A stretch of DNA of 64,000 bases from the NCBI GenBank assembly GCA_030390025.1, contig CM059432.1, positions 100,442,001 to 100,506,000 on the forward strand. Direction: 5' to 3'. Below the pieces are notes generated by a model, which was given only the letters and a program-made list of their open reading frames with translations, did not search any database and was not told where the DNA came from. The stretch is from Squalus acanthias. Taxonomy: Eukaryota. Positions within the stretch are counted from its first letter, which is position 1, and the number at the start of each line of letters is the position of its first letter. Shown here piece by piece: positions 14,133 to 26,639 of this stretch. A program made the translations under genes and the position numbers.

Positions 14133-14443
14133 CAAGGTCAAATTATAAACTGTGCAAAATTTTCAAGGCGGTGAGATTAATTGTCCAAAAGGTGGCTGGA
14201 ATTGCGGTTGTCTTCCTTTGATTTAATAGACGGGGAGAGGGGCATCGTGTACTACTGTGATGTTAAGGGGAGAATCTCACCATAACTATAGCTTTTTTAA
14301 AAATCAGATGGCTATAAAGAATTCTGATTCCTGTTAGTTTCCTCATAATAATTACTAATTGCATCATCTACAAAAATGGGTTAGAGGGAGTCATTCAACC
14401 TGACAGTGTTAAGGAGCTGAAATACACAAGCTTCTGACACATG

Positions 14444-15363
14444 GGCCCCAATACGTATGGGGAGGCGGGGAGGCAGCGGGAGAGCCAGGGTGAAACCCGG
14501 AAATCCCGGGGACGCAAAGGTCTTGCTGAATTTAACGGCAGGACCTCATTATCATTTTTGTCTTCAGTTTCCTGTCCGGAAGTCGGACAAATTGTCAGTT
14601 GGGGATGGTCCCCGCAACCGGGAAAGATCAGGGCTTAGTGGAGGGCGGATCGGCCGATCGCAGGACAGGAGGCTAGAGATCGGGGTTGGAGGAGGGGGAA
14701 ATTGGCTGATCGCGGGGCTAGAGGGTGGGTCAGCCGATTGTGGGGTAGGAGGCGAGAGATCGTTGGAGGGGGGGTGGGGGGGCTGGAGGATAGGGGTCGC
14801 CGGTCACGATAGCAATTGGCAGAAGGGAGGCCAAAGGTTTGTTTGCGGGGACGGGGGGAGCACTCTTTCTCCTCCTGACCCACAAGGAGTGCTCTAAAAA
14901 GCACTTACCTTCTGCAGTCGGCTGCTCCCATCTCTTTTTTGCTGCCGGGTTTCCCGAACCCTGGGATACCCAGCCGGCAGCTGTTAAATTTAAATCAGGC
15001 TCCAAACTGCGCGGTGGGAGCCTGATTTAAATATTATAATGAAATGTCTCCAACGCGGGACACACACGGCATGATAGCTGCCGCTGTAAAAATGGTGGCA
15101 GGCACATATGCAGCAGGTTGGGGACACCTTGACCTGTAATAAATTCTTATTTATTACAATAAATAAACTCCGCCCTAGTTCTGACGAAGGGTCATCGACC
15201 TGAAATATTAACTCTGTTTCTCTCTCCACAGATGCTGCCCGACCTGCTGAGTTTCTCCAGCATTTTCTGTTTTTATTATTGGGGACACGTTTCCTGATTT
15301 TTAAGTTTTAACCTCCCCTCACCGACCGTCTCCCACCCATTGTGGGGGGTTAATATCGCCTCC
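14444..15363. mobile_element. GC-rich MITE (TSD ATG) containing a Penelope fragment
   Basis: ATG|GGCCCCAATA ... TATCGCCTCC|ATG, degenerate TIRs; internal cacttacctt motif. Confidence 0.6.
15177..15213 (+). ncRNA. Minimal type I hammerhead ribozyme motif (Penelope-derived fragment 15177-15278)
   Basis: AGTT-CTGACGA-A-GGGTC-ATC-GACCT-GAAA-TA-TT-AACT: stem I AGTT/AACT, stem II, conserved core. Confidence 0.6.
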
Positions 15364-15835
15364 ATGTTTTCTTGTGGCAAAGTTTATTTTAAAGCAAAGG
15401 TTTTGAACAAGTAATACGAGGAGAAATTAAAAGTTCTGAAGGAATTGGAAGGACACTGAAGAATTTATTACAGGTCATAGGCATCTTCAACACTATTCAG
15501 TGGTCTTTGCACTGGAAGTGCACATGTGGCCATTCTGTCGGGACATAATTGATTTTGGTCTCAGAATATATAAACAGTACTGGGAAACAAGCAGGAGAGT
15601 GGATTAAAATAGATGGCTCATGTGGAGAAAACCACTGGCATGGACTAGATGGACTAAATGCCTGTTTCAGTGCTGTAACATTCTATGATTCATTATTAGG
15701 TCCTTAATGAATGTATGATGAAGGCATTATGAAGTTATTTTAATAGCATGCCTATGATTTACAAATAGTTTTGTGCATATCATAGAGAGAGTAAAGGATG
15801 ATAGGAGAAAATATAGACATCCAGGAAAGAAAGAA

Positions 15836-16245
15836 CAAACTTTCATTTATATAGCACCATTTAAATTCTCGGGAAGTTCTAAAGCACTTCACAGTCAACA
15901 ATTACTTTTGAAGTGTAGTCACTTGTTTTCTTAGAATATGTGGCAGTCAATTTGCAAACAGCATATGAGATAAATGACCTATGAATCTATTTTTGGTGTT
16001 GTTGATTAAGAGATGAATGTTGCCAAGACACAGAGAGCTTCTTGTCTTGTCCAAATAATGACATAGGATTTTTGACAGCTACTTGAACAGGTAGGCAGGA
16101 CATTCCAAAGACTGGATCTCTGACAATACAGCACCCTCTTAGTACAGCACGAGAGTGTCAGTGTGCACAAGTCCTGGAGTAAGGCATTAATTCATAACGT
16201 TTTGACTCAGTGGTAAGGGTGTTACCACTGAGCCAAGCTGACACA
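15836..16245 (-). mobile_element. Degenerate full-length SacSINE1-like SINE
   Basis: Collinear with 18925-20384 from the tail (catttatatagc) to the head (ccactgagccaagctgacac). Confidence 0.7.
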
Positions 16246-17803
16246 GGAGTGTGTTATATCACAGTGAAATATTGAGGATTAGAATGGTATCAACGATGAG
16301 AAGGGAGAAGTGATTGTTGTTTATTAACATTGTCTCAAACCAGAGAAATGTTGATATCTTGAAATATGCCAAGATGTATTTTTTCTTTACAGTACATACA
16401 CAATCAAATTCTTACAGGAGGAAAAATCTGTGAAGGTTTGGAGGTAACAGGTGATAATGAGGAATTAAAAGGCCCTGTATTGTATGTGACTGGAAATAAT
16501 AGTCAATTGTTGACCATTGAGCCCATAAACTTTTACGTGACTGATAGCAGGAAATACTATGCCTTTATTGATTATCAAGTCTGCAACATAATTGTGATGT
16601 TCTGAAGGTTACAGAGACATTGAATAAAACACTCTCAGCTGCTGTTTGTTTTCTGCAATATGTACAATTTATTGTTTACATCTTGCCATTGATTTTGGAG
16701 TTTCTGTCTTCTACTCTTATTACTGTGCTTTGCTGGACAAGGTTCCAAATTCTGGTATCAAATCAAATTTAGCCGTGCAGTTTGAATTCTGGTAACAGTA
16801 AGGGCGGGGGCAACTTCATTAGACAGACAAACAGCATCACACACTTCAGATGATTCATTAGGACAGGAGTATGAGGACACAGAAAATTACTTTAAAAATA
16901 ACCATGTAAACTGTCCAAAGTGCTGATTAATGCAGAAAGCTCTACTTACTGTCCTTTATAGGTAACTATACAGATTCTCTTCAATAAAAAGTTTAATTGT
17001 TCCAATTTTAAAGAAACTTTGAAGTCAGGGAAAACACTCACTTGATTTGTGTTTATGTTATATAATACGATTCTGTGAAATAAAAACCCTACAGGTATTA
17101 CCGTCGATCGAATTTCTTTCATTTGATCTCACAGGACCATATGCCTGAAATCTGATCCAGGCCAAGGTGCAGCTAGGCAGGATTTCTGGTCAAGGGACCA
17201 ATGGGACAAAACCAGGTTGCACCTGGAAGCTGCCTCCTTTCTTTTTTCTTTTTTAGCTCCAGCCATTTTCCGGTTGACAGGACCGTATGTGTATTTTTCG
17301 ACCAAATAACCCCGCCTCCCTGCACCGCATCAAGGGAGCATGCCATGGACAAGGTCTTGGCCGGCCCTGGGAATTCCATCCTTTACAAACGAGTCCTGCT
17401 GAGGCCCCAGTAAAGCCCCCAGACTTTGCCAGGGGTATCAATAATATCACTGTCCCAGAGTTATGGCTCCCGTAGGAGTCAAAGATCCCTTGAAGCCAAT
17501 TTGTTTTGTCCTGGAAAGACATCTAGGTGACCCTAGAGCAGGGGCTGTATGCAGTCACATTTCTGTTGGTGGATCAAGGGGGCCGCTGCTGATGTGCCAT
17601 CCTGAACAAGCCAATGGCCCAGTTTCTCAGGATTTAAGACAAGGCCAGCATTTATGGCTTCACGCAGTGGAGTCGAAACCCTGAAATTTCAGCTCCTATA
17701 TTTTTTTTTTTTAGAGCAGTACAATAAACACTTTTCAGAAATATGATAGGATGGAAATCAATCATTTATATTAACATGCAACAACGGATTTGGGATTGTA
17801 TTA

Positions 17804-17995
<192 letters not shown>

Positions 17996-18060
17996 TTAAT
18001 CTAAACTTTGTGATTTCAAAGACTTCATAACAGAAATTTTAGCCATTGACCTGAATCTAT

Positions 18061-18754
18061 GAGGGGAATTTTAACCTAAAAAAAGGATGGGTTCGGGGCA
18101 TGTGGTTAGTTAAAGTGTTAAAAATCTGAATCCCGACCTGAACCCGCCAGCAACCTGCCCACTTCTGGTTTTAATATAGGCGGGATGGGGGGGTTGGGTC
18201 GGGGGGGGGGGGGGGGGCGGTGGGCAGCCAACCCAATGCCAGGAGGCGGGTCATCCAATTAAATATAATGAGGCTGGAAGCCTCTGCTTTAACCTCCATT
18301 TTGTATTTAACTTTAGCTGTTCGGGTTTTGCAGGCCTCGTGAAACCCGCCAGCTAATGCAAGCCGAGGAATACTGGATCCAGGAGGCAAGTACCTTTACA
18401 CTTATCTCCTGAATCCAGGGTCTCTGCCTAACCCACCCCCGCGATCAGTGACCCCTTCCCCAAGCCACCAATCCCACCCCCCTCCAGGCCTCTGAGCCCC
18501 ACCACGAGTTAATCCCCACCCTGTTCTTCCAGCTGATCCCTGGCCCCCACGCTATCCCTCCCTTCTCCCTGCGGCCTAGCGCCGCAGGCCCATGCGCCGG
18601 GAGCCAGCCAGCCTCTCAATCTGGCTGGCTGTGGGTGTGAAACAGAGGCTTCCCATGCAAATCAAGCCCTGCCATTAAATTCAACAGGGTCTGCAGGAAA
18701 CCCGTTCTCCCGACCGCCTCGGAGGCCCCCGCCTTCTCCATTAAAATTCAGTTC
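18061..18754. mobile_element. Degenerate Harbinger-type MITE, TSD TAT
   Basis: TAT|GAGGGGAATTTTAA ... TTAAAATTCAGTTC|TAT. Confidence 0.6.
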
Positions 18755-18924
18755 TATTTACTTGTGCCTTTAATCAAATAGACTTCAAATAAAGGTACTT
18801 AGCAAGACTGAAGAAATCTGAATCCAAATCAATGTAAAATGAGGCATGGGTGTTTAGAGTGGCCAGATTTGGAGTTTCAAGTATTTCTGCTGGGATGGGC
18901 AAACTCTAAACTTAGTTAGAAAGG

Positions 18925-20384
18925 AAAAAGACTTGCATTTATATAGCGCCTTTCATGACCACCTGATGTCCCAAAGCGTTTTAAAGCCACTGAAGTACTT
19001 TTGAAGTGTAGTCACTGTTGTAATGTAGGAAATACGGCAGCCAATTTGCACACAGCAAGCTCCCACAAACAGCAATATGATAATAACCAGATAATCTGTT
19101 TTAGTGATGTTGGTTCATCCGAAAGGTGGAACCTCTGACAGTGCAGCACTCCCTCAGTACTGCACTGGAATGTCAGCCTAGATTTTTGTGCTCAAGTCTC
19201 TAGAGCGGGACTTGAACCCACAAACTTCTGATTCAGAGATGAGGGTGCTACCCACTTTTTTATATATATTATTGAACATTAAAAACATTTACAACTTCAT
19301 CATTCCACTGAATCATACAAATCCATTCCGCCGCTCTGCACAGCCATTCCTCCACCACATATAAACATCAAAATATGAAGTTTAATTTATCTCCCATAAC
19401 ATATTGTACTTTAAAAATTGATCAGTAATCATGGCTCCAAATAAGGGAAGTGTGCCTGATAATCCCCCCATCATTTAATCTCCGGCCCTTCCCTCCTCTC
19501 ATGCTCCTTCCAAACTTTTTGGACAGCTGTTGCTTTCTCCTGCAGCCTCCGGCTCTTTTTCACCTCCTGTTTGAACCTTCCCTGCAGTTTCAGCCTCTTC
19601 CTTACATTAGGTTTGGGCCGAGGAGCTGCCCCTTCTCCCTCCTTCTGCCCCTCACTAATCTTTTCCTTTCCACACGATGCCACCCCAGCCCCCACTTCCA
19701 TGTCTCTGTCCCCCTCTGACTCCTCACTCTTGAGCTCTTCTGTAACCTGCCGTCCCTGCTCCCCGTCAGATACATAATCTCCCTTAGAGAGTCTTCGTGC
19801 TATCACGGATTCTCCAACAGTGCCACTCCCTTCGGCCTCATCTCCACCGCTGACCCTTGCTCCCTGTTTCTTCTCTCTCTGGGACAATGGCGCATCTGCA
19901 CCTATCTTGCTCCCTTCTGGCGTCTTTGTCTCCCCACTCCCGTCCTGCTGCCCCTTTAAGGCTCCTACCTCTTTCACCCTCTCCTTGTCTTCCCCCCTCC
20001 TGCTGCCAGAGATGCCGACTCCCCGTCTTTCTTTGGAGTGCTTACACTTACCCCGCTCCCACCTCCTCTCCCCCCGAGAACAAAACCTCCTGGGGTCCTG
20101 GCCCAAATCTTTGGGCCTTTTTTTCTCCCTTCCCCCAACATTTTCTCCCCTGACTAAATTCATCCTGGGAACATTGTCCTCTAAGGGGCCTGGCACTCCT
20201 GGCCCCTCATCAGCCATCTGGTTGCTGTTTAAGGACCAACAAGACCCTAAAACCTGAAAAAAAACACCACCAACTTCTTACAAACTCACTCCAACTCCCT
20301 GCAGTAATCAAGCATCCAGCAGCATCTGCTCACTCCTAGCCCCTCCCACCTAGAGAGTGCTACCCACTGAGCCACAGCTGACAC
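18925..20384 (-). mobile_element. SacSINE1-like Deu-domain SINE, interrupted in its tRNA-like head
   Basis: Body 18925-19256 with B-box-like gggttcaagtccc; head gtgtcagctgtggctcagtgggtagcactctc at 20353-20384. Confidence 0.85.
19257..20352 (-). mobile_element. 1.1-kb non-autonomous non-LTR retro-insert with a 248-aa charged ORF (possibly derived from an L1/Tx1-type ORF1)
   Basis: 16-bp TSD GAG(G/A)GTGCTACCCACT at 19241-19256 and 20353-20368; A-rich 3' end (atatataaaaaa); true ATG at 20217, open to 19471. Confidence 0.7.
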
Positions 20385-20439
20385 TAGTTAGGCTGAACTG
20401 AATTGAACCAACCAAACCATCCTAATCTGCTTCTCAACA

Positions 20440-21141
20440 AATGATTCTAGAGTGTTAGATTTTTAGTGATGTCGTGATTTGAAGAGGGAGAGTCTACATG
20501 CATTAAAAAGAAACTAAGCTGTAACTAAAGATGTCCTAATTTTACCAAAATGTATTGTTTACATCCCCCGTACCGATAGGGAAACATGCATTTTTCTTGT
20601 GCAGTATATGCAGGCTTGACATATGCCCTATGGAACTTAAGTAAAGGGTCAGCTGCTGTTAATGTTAGTTATGTCAGCTAAAGGAAATAACAATTACTGC
20701 ATAGCTTATTTTCAGAGCTGGGAGAACAAGTTATAGCTTCTCTATCTGTAACATGTGATTCTCTTCACCAGTCAGTGCTGAAGTTGCCATGCTCCCTTCT
20801 CCTCTCCTCCCTTGTCCTATTCTGTATAAAATTATGTTTTATCTGCCAAACTGTCGAAATTATTGACATTGTTTTCAAAAAAGTTTCTCCTAATAAATAC
20901 ACTTTCATACTTTTCTAATGTTGCACCAACATAAATTAGTTCCCACTTTTCCATGTTTGGCCCTATAGTCCAACCAATCTCAAACATCAAGAACAATGAT
21001 TCTAGAGTGTTAGATTTTTAGTGATGTTGTGATTTGAAGAGGGAGAGTCTACATGCACTAAAAAGAAACTAAACTGTAACCAAAGATGTCCTAATTTTAC
21101 CAAAATGTATTGTTTACATCCTCCGTACCGATAGGGAAACA
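20440..21141 (+). repeat. 147-bp direct duplication (20440-20586 and 20995-21141)
   Basis: aatgattctagagtg...gatagggaaaca occurs twice; I count 5 substitutions. Confidence 0.9.
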
Positions 21142-22226
21142 GTAGCGAAGTGAAGGCGTTCACAGTGCACAGCGCAGCCAGTTTTGGAGTTGTCATTGAC
21201 AGATCGCAACTTCGGGATCTCCGCTTGTGCCTGCGCACTCGCAAAATCTCGAAGTTGCAGTCAGTTTCAAAGGCGGAATGACGGCGAGCACTGCCAGTTC
21301 GCCGTCATCCCAACCGCAAATTCCAGGCCAATATCTCATCTTCATAATGGGCATTATACAGGTCTCTGAATACTGACTGCAACAAGGTCTAATCACTTTT
21401 CCTGTTGGATTCTCCCAAAATGAATCCTTCAGATTCCATTGGTTTCCTATCCATTTTGGGCCCATATCTAACCCACACCTTTGTCTTTCCACTACCTTTT
21501 CTGATGCCTGACTAAGACAGTATACAGCATGTTACACCTCATACAGCATTGTAAAAATATGTTTACAGTCTATAAAAGCTCTTTTTGAAAACAATTACCA
21601 GGCCTTTACAATGAATTGAATGAAAATCAGGCTGGTTCTAAAAAGAGTGGGTGATCTGCTCCAACAGATTATTGAACACAGTGGGGGGGGGCGGGGGGGG
21701 GGTAATTTTTCGGGCCGTCAGTGGACGCGTTTCGTGGCGGGTCGGGTGGGAATAATTTTTTTTTGACAGCGGGTAGGGAACCGCTGTCAACCCACGCCAT
21801 GCTAGTTTCCCAGATGTCGGGTCTGTCATCGCTGAACAGACCCGACGCCAAGCAGCAGGGGAGGGAATCTAGATGATTAAGAGCTTGTTAATAGGCACTT
21901 AAAAACTATTTTAAGCTCACGTTTAGATTTTAAGAGTTCACCCACGGCTTCCCCGCTGCTCGGGGATCACGTCAGGTAAACAGGTCGGGTGTTGTGTCAG
22001 CATGGGATGATTTCGTAACGTGACAGCTGCAAATGTTCGACAAAAGCTCCCATTTCATAGCTATTCATTTTCCAAGGTCAGAAGCTGTTGCTTACTGCAT
22101 TTGGAAGACAGCTTGAGCTTTATGCAGGCTGCAAGTGTTTGGCGCAAACTCTCTATCCAGTGTCACCTCATTGGAACAACCTCCCCATTGACAGATCGCT
22201 CCTGTCATCTCAACTTCACCTACCAT

Positions 22227-22657
22227 GGGCAACACGGTGGCATAGTGGTTAGCACTGGTGCCTCACAGCGCCAGGGACCTGGGTTCGAATCTGACCTCGG
22301 GTGACTGTCTGTGTGGAGTTTGCACATTCTCCCCGTGTCTGCGTGGGTTTCCTCCGGGTGCTCCGGTTTCCTCCCACAATCCAAAAATGTGCGGGTTAGG
22401 TTGAATTGGCTATGATAAATTGACCCTTAGTGTTAGGGGGGGATTAAATATGTGGGGTTATGGGGATAGGATGGGATATGTTAGGGGGAATTAAATACGT
22501 GGGGTTACGGGGGTAGGGTGGGATATGTGTACTGTGGGGATTAAAGCAGGGACAGGGTACTGGATTTGGATGATCAGCCATGATCGTATTGAATGGTGGA
22601 GCAGGCTCGACGGGCCGAATGGCCTACTCCTGCTCCTAGATTCTATGTTTCTATGTT
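22227..22657 (+). mobile_element. HE1-like V-SINE (tRNA head, V domain, CR1-derived tail), TSD TACCAT
   Basis: A box tggcatagtgg, B box gggttcgaatc, V-domain gtggagtttgcacattctccccgtgtctgcgtgggtttcctccggg, CR1 3' UTR and tttctatg tail; TACCAT at 22221 and 22658. Confidence 0.9.
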
Positions 22658-23849
22658 TACCATCTATTCCATCAGCATCGGTGCCCTTGAAACTATCTCA
22701 CCTTGGTCTTCAGAATCCCACCACGATCAGCCGCAATACCAGCAGCACCAGGCACACCAGCAGCACCAACAACAACACCAACCTTCTCTGCAATCAACTG
22801 ATGCTGCACAGGACACAGGGCATCAGCACCCGACCACATTTCTGCCCGGGACGCCAGGGATGACCTCCCCATAACCAGATTTACTTCACTTGACGCTGTA
22901 CACCCTGGCTGCCACATGATGCGCCAGGTTGGCACCACCCCACACCAACACCATAAAGCATCCCTACAATGCCCAAGCCATTCCTTTCACACTCATCGCC
23001 ATTGCGGGGGGTACCATAATGTCTCACCATTCACTGCAACTCACTAAGCCACTTCCAAAGGTGCACACAAATCTGTCCAAGGACGCAAAGTGTTGAAAAT
23101 AAAGATTTCAGGGGGAGAAATTCTGTATCACCCCGTTTGGGGCACAATTATTGGCCGGGCGCAAAGTTTAGCGCCTGGCGCTAATTATCGCCTCCGACTG
23201 CAAACTTGGCCTCTATAGCCCCTGGAGGTGATTTGAGCGCTAAATCAAGCGCTACACTCCTCTCTTAAGGCGCTAACGCCGAGGAGCGAGGCACTACCTC
23301 AGAGCACTGGCGAAGCTCAGGTGATGTCAGTTAGCAATGGAACACAGACAGACTGGCGCCGGCCAGTTCTTAAAGGGGAGGGTCGATCTTGCTCTCCAGC
23401 CACACCCTGCTCATTGCAGCCCTGAATCTCGGCCTGGAGAGACCTGTACATCAATTCTGCAGGAACCAACAATGGCGAGGCCCAGCGAAAGAGCTCAGCG
23501 CTTCAGCGACTGGGCCTTGGTGGCTCTGGTTGGCACTGTGGAGCGGTGAAGGGCTAAGTTCTACCCACAGAGTGGGAGGAGGCCATGGCCACGCGAATAC
23601 AGAAGAGTCTGCAGGGAGGTGGCTCAGCACGCCTCCTCGAGGAGCATGGTGCCCAGGACCAACACCCAATGTCGGAAGAAGTTCAACGACTTCACTCGGG
23701 TGGTCAGGGTGAGTGGCTGCTTTTCAATACCTCTACATCCCTCCATCTCAACTTCACTCTGTGCCCAGAGGGTTTAAAAACCCCAAATGCCCAACACTCA
23801 TCCAAGACCTATGGCCATCTCATAAAACACACATGCACATTCCACACCT

Positions 23850-23957
23850 TGCATACATTAAGGGCTATTCAACTATGGGATGCACATCAGGCAAGCACAT
23901 GGCTGCATACATTAAGGGCTATTCAACTATGGGAGGCACATCAGGCAAGCACATGGC
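23850..23957 (+). repeat. Tandem duplication, 2 x 54 bp, in the Myb-gene intron
   Basis: tgcatacattaagggctattcaactatggga(t/g)gcacatcaggcaagcacatggc twice. Confidence 0.9.
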
Positions 23958-24347
23958 TGCACATTCACTCAGATGCCGTCCTTTTTCTTGCAGGCCAAGC
24001 TATCTCATAACAAGCACCAGCAGCAACGCATGGGAAGAGGACCGGCTGAGCTACACACCCTCAGCGATTTGCAGGCGCGCTCACACAGGATCGTTGTCAG
24101 CCAGGTGATAGGTGTCATGGCCGCTGGAGAGGTCGACCCCCTTGGGGACAGCAATGGTATGTTCATCAGCTTTCTCTCCTCTCTCATTCCACTTGCTCCT
24201 CACAACACCAGCCTTTTACACTTTCAATCCAACTTACTAAATGTCTCCAGTCCTTGCTCCCTTACTGCCCCCCTGCCCTGACGCTAAAGCCACTCTTGTA
24301 TCTCCCTGCTTTCAGATAGTGAACCACCAGCTGACCAGCCTGTCCCT

Positions 24348-25483
24348 CTTCTTCTTCTTAGGCAGTCCCTCGGAACCGAGGATGACTTGCTTCCACGTTA
24401 AAAATGAGTTCTCGGGTGACTGATGAGCCCAATGCGGGACCTACAGTCTCTGTCACAGGTGGGGCAGACGGTGGTTGAAGGGCCGGGTGGGTGGGGTGCT
24501 TGGGTTGACGTGCGCTCCTTGCGCTGCCTGCGCTTGGCTTCCGCTTGATCCCGGCGAAGAGACTCGAGGTGTTCGACGCCTTCCCGGATGCTTCTCCTCC
24601 ACTTTTTGCGGTCTTGGGCCAGGGATTCCCAGGTGTCGGTGGGGATGTTACACTTTTTCAAGGAGGCTTTGAGGGTGTCCTTGAAGCGTTTCTTCTGCCC
24701 ACTTGGGGCTCTCTTGCCGTGCCGGAGCTCCGAGTAGAGCGCTTGTTTTGGGAGTCTCGTATCGGGCATGCCGACAATGTGACCTGTCCATTGGAGCTGA
24801 TCGAGCGTGGTCAAAGCTTCGATGCCGGGGATGTTGGCCTGAGCAAGAACACTGACGTTAATGCGCCTATCCTGCTAATGGATTTGCAGGATCTTGCGGA
24901 GGCAGCATTGGTGGTACCTCACCAGTGCTTTGAGGTGCCTGCTGTACATGGTCCATGTCTCTGAGGCATACAGCATGGCGGGCATCACTGCTGCTCTGTA
25001 GACCATGAGCTTAGTGCCGGGTTTGAGGTCCTGGTCTTCAAACACTCTCTTCCTCAGGCGACCGAAGGCTGCACTGGCACACTGAAGGCGGTGTTGGACT
25101 TCGTCATCGACGTCTGCCCTTGTTGACAGTAGGCTCCCGAGGTATGGAAAGTGGTCCATGTTGTCCAAGGCCTTGTCGTGGATTTTGATAATCGGGGGGC
25201 AGTACTGTGTGGCGGGGGCAGGTTGGTAGAGGACCTTTGTCTTACGGATGTTTAGTGTAAGGCCCATGCTCTCGTACGCTTCGGTGAAGGTGCTGACGAT
25301 GGTTTGGAGTTCGACCTCCGAGTGAGCGCAGACGCAAGCATCATCTGCATACTGTAATTCGACGACAGAGGATGGGACGACCTTGGATCTGGACTGGAGG
25401 TGACGGAGGTTGAACAGTTTCCTGATTGTTCTGTAAATCAGCTCCACTCCAGCGGGGAGCTTACTGAGGGTGAGATGGAGCAA
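24348..25483 (-). mobile_element. 5'-truncated RTE-clade LINE inserted in Harbinger B
   Basis: LQYADDAC, FPYLGS, LYASETWT, MPDTRLPKQALYSEL, C-terminal CPTCDRDCRSRIGLISH; (GAA)n 3' tail. Confidence 0.93.
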
Positions 25484-26639
25484 CCAATCAGTGACAGCGA
25501 CGCCCCAGGCGAGGAGGAAGAGGAAGCCGGAGCCTCACCGCCTGCGTCTCCCGAGGGAGCCCATGCCCACACTGGGACCACGCTTTCCCTGGAGGGGAGC
25601 ACGGGGGAAGGGTCTGATGAGGACGAAGCTCCGGGACCCAGCGGGCTACAGCAACGCCATGGGAGTAGAGAAGCTCGGGGCTATCTCCCCGGAGGGCGAG
25701 TAGGCGACTCCTGCTGCGCTGGACTCAGAGGAGGAGCACGTCATCGTGGAAATGAATAGCCAGGCCTTGAGCATGCACACTGAGCTCATGGGTGCAATGG
25801 CAAGGGTGCCCGAAAGCATTGATGGACTGGCAAAGAGCGTGGAGCACTCCGCTGCAGCACAGGCTGACACAACGCAACAGCTTAGTGCTGCAATTCAGTC
25901 ACTGGCTGCTGCCATCCAGTCTCAGACTGCTCTCATGCAGTCTCAGATTGATGTAACGCAAGCACTAACTGCTGCCATCCTCGCTGGGTCAGCCACATTG
26001 CCCCGGGGCTCTCAGACCAGCAATCTGTGCTCACGCAGATTGCTCCAGATGCTGAGGTACTACCCCGTGGGAGTGCTAGTGTGTCGGTCGAGCAGGAAGG
26101 TGCTGTCCTCTCTCAGGATGACAACATTCCTGCTCCCACCACTGGCACTTCCCCATTGCACTTGCCACCGCTTGCAACACAGCCAGCCCAGGCTGCTGCC
26201 ACCCAGGCAGAGTTGGTGCAGTCTGCAGCCGGGGCCTCCAGGCCCAGAGCTAGTCGAGGGCGTCCTTCAAGGGCATCTGTAGTCTGTGCATCTGACATTC
26301 AGCAGCCTTCCACCAGCCTTGCTGCAGCCACTGGGGCCCCATTACGGAGGAGCAGTAGGGTGGGAAGGGGGGGAAGTGCGCAGGGGATGGAGATCACCCT
26401 CGAAGGGCAAACAGTAGGAGGTCTAAATAAATGGTGGGAATGTTTGTAGTAAAGGTCAAGGTTCATATGATTATATTTGTTTACTGTTTTGCCGTTTATC
26501 TCCATCTTGTGAGAACCAGTTCTGTTAATTCATGATTTGTTGTGTTTGTTTCAAATTGTTTGTCGTGAATAAATGACACACATTTTTGGCCTTTGGAATG
26601 ATTCCAGCTTTGGCTGGCAATAGGGGGTGCGGGTGCCAT

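Larger units (their letters stand above)
23472..26449 (+). pseudogene. Harbinger B Myb/SANT-like DNA-binding protein gene (spliced, disrupted)
   Basis: MARPSERAQRFSDWALVALV...QCRKKFNDFTRVVR|gtgagt; intron 23709-23993; AKLSHNKHQQQRMGRGP; premature TGA at about 23547; RTE insertion; A/Q-rich C-terminal part. Confidence 0.8.

Noticed and set aside
20440..21141. TRIM / mini-LTR retrotransposon
   Set aside because: No TSD, primer-binding site or polypurine tract visible.
22227..22310. tRNA genes (A/B boxes here, at about 44225-44297 and at 19205-20384)
   Set aside because: They continue directly into SINE bodies with LINE-derived tails, so they are SINE heads.
22440..23957. CRISPR-like array from repeated units in the SINE and the Myb intron
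   Set aside because: Simple two-copy tandem duplications without spacers, in eukaryotic DNA with no cas genes.
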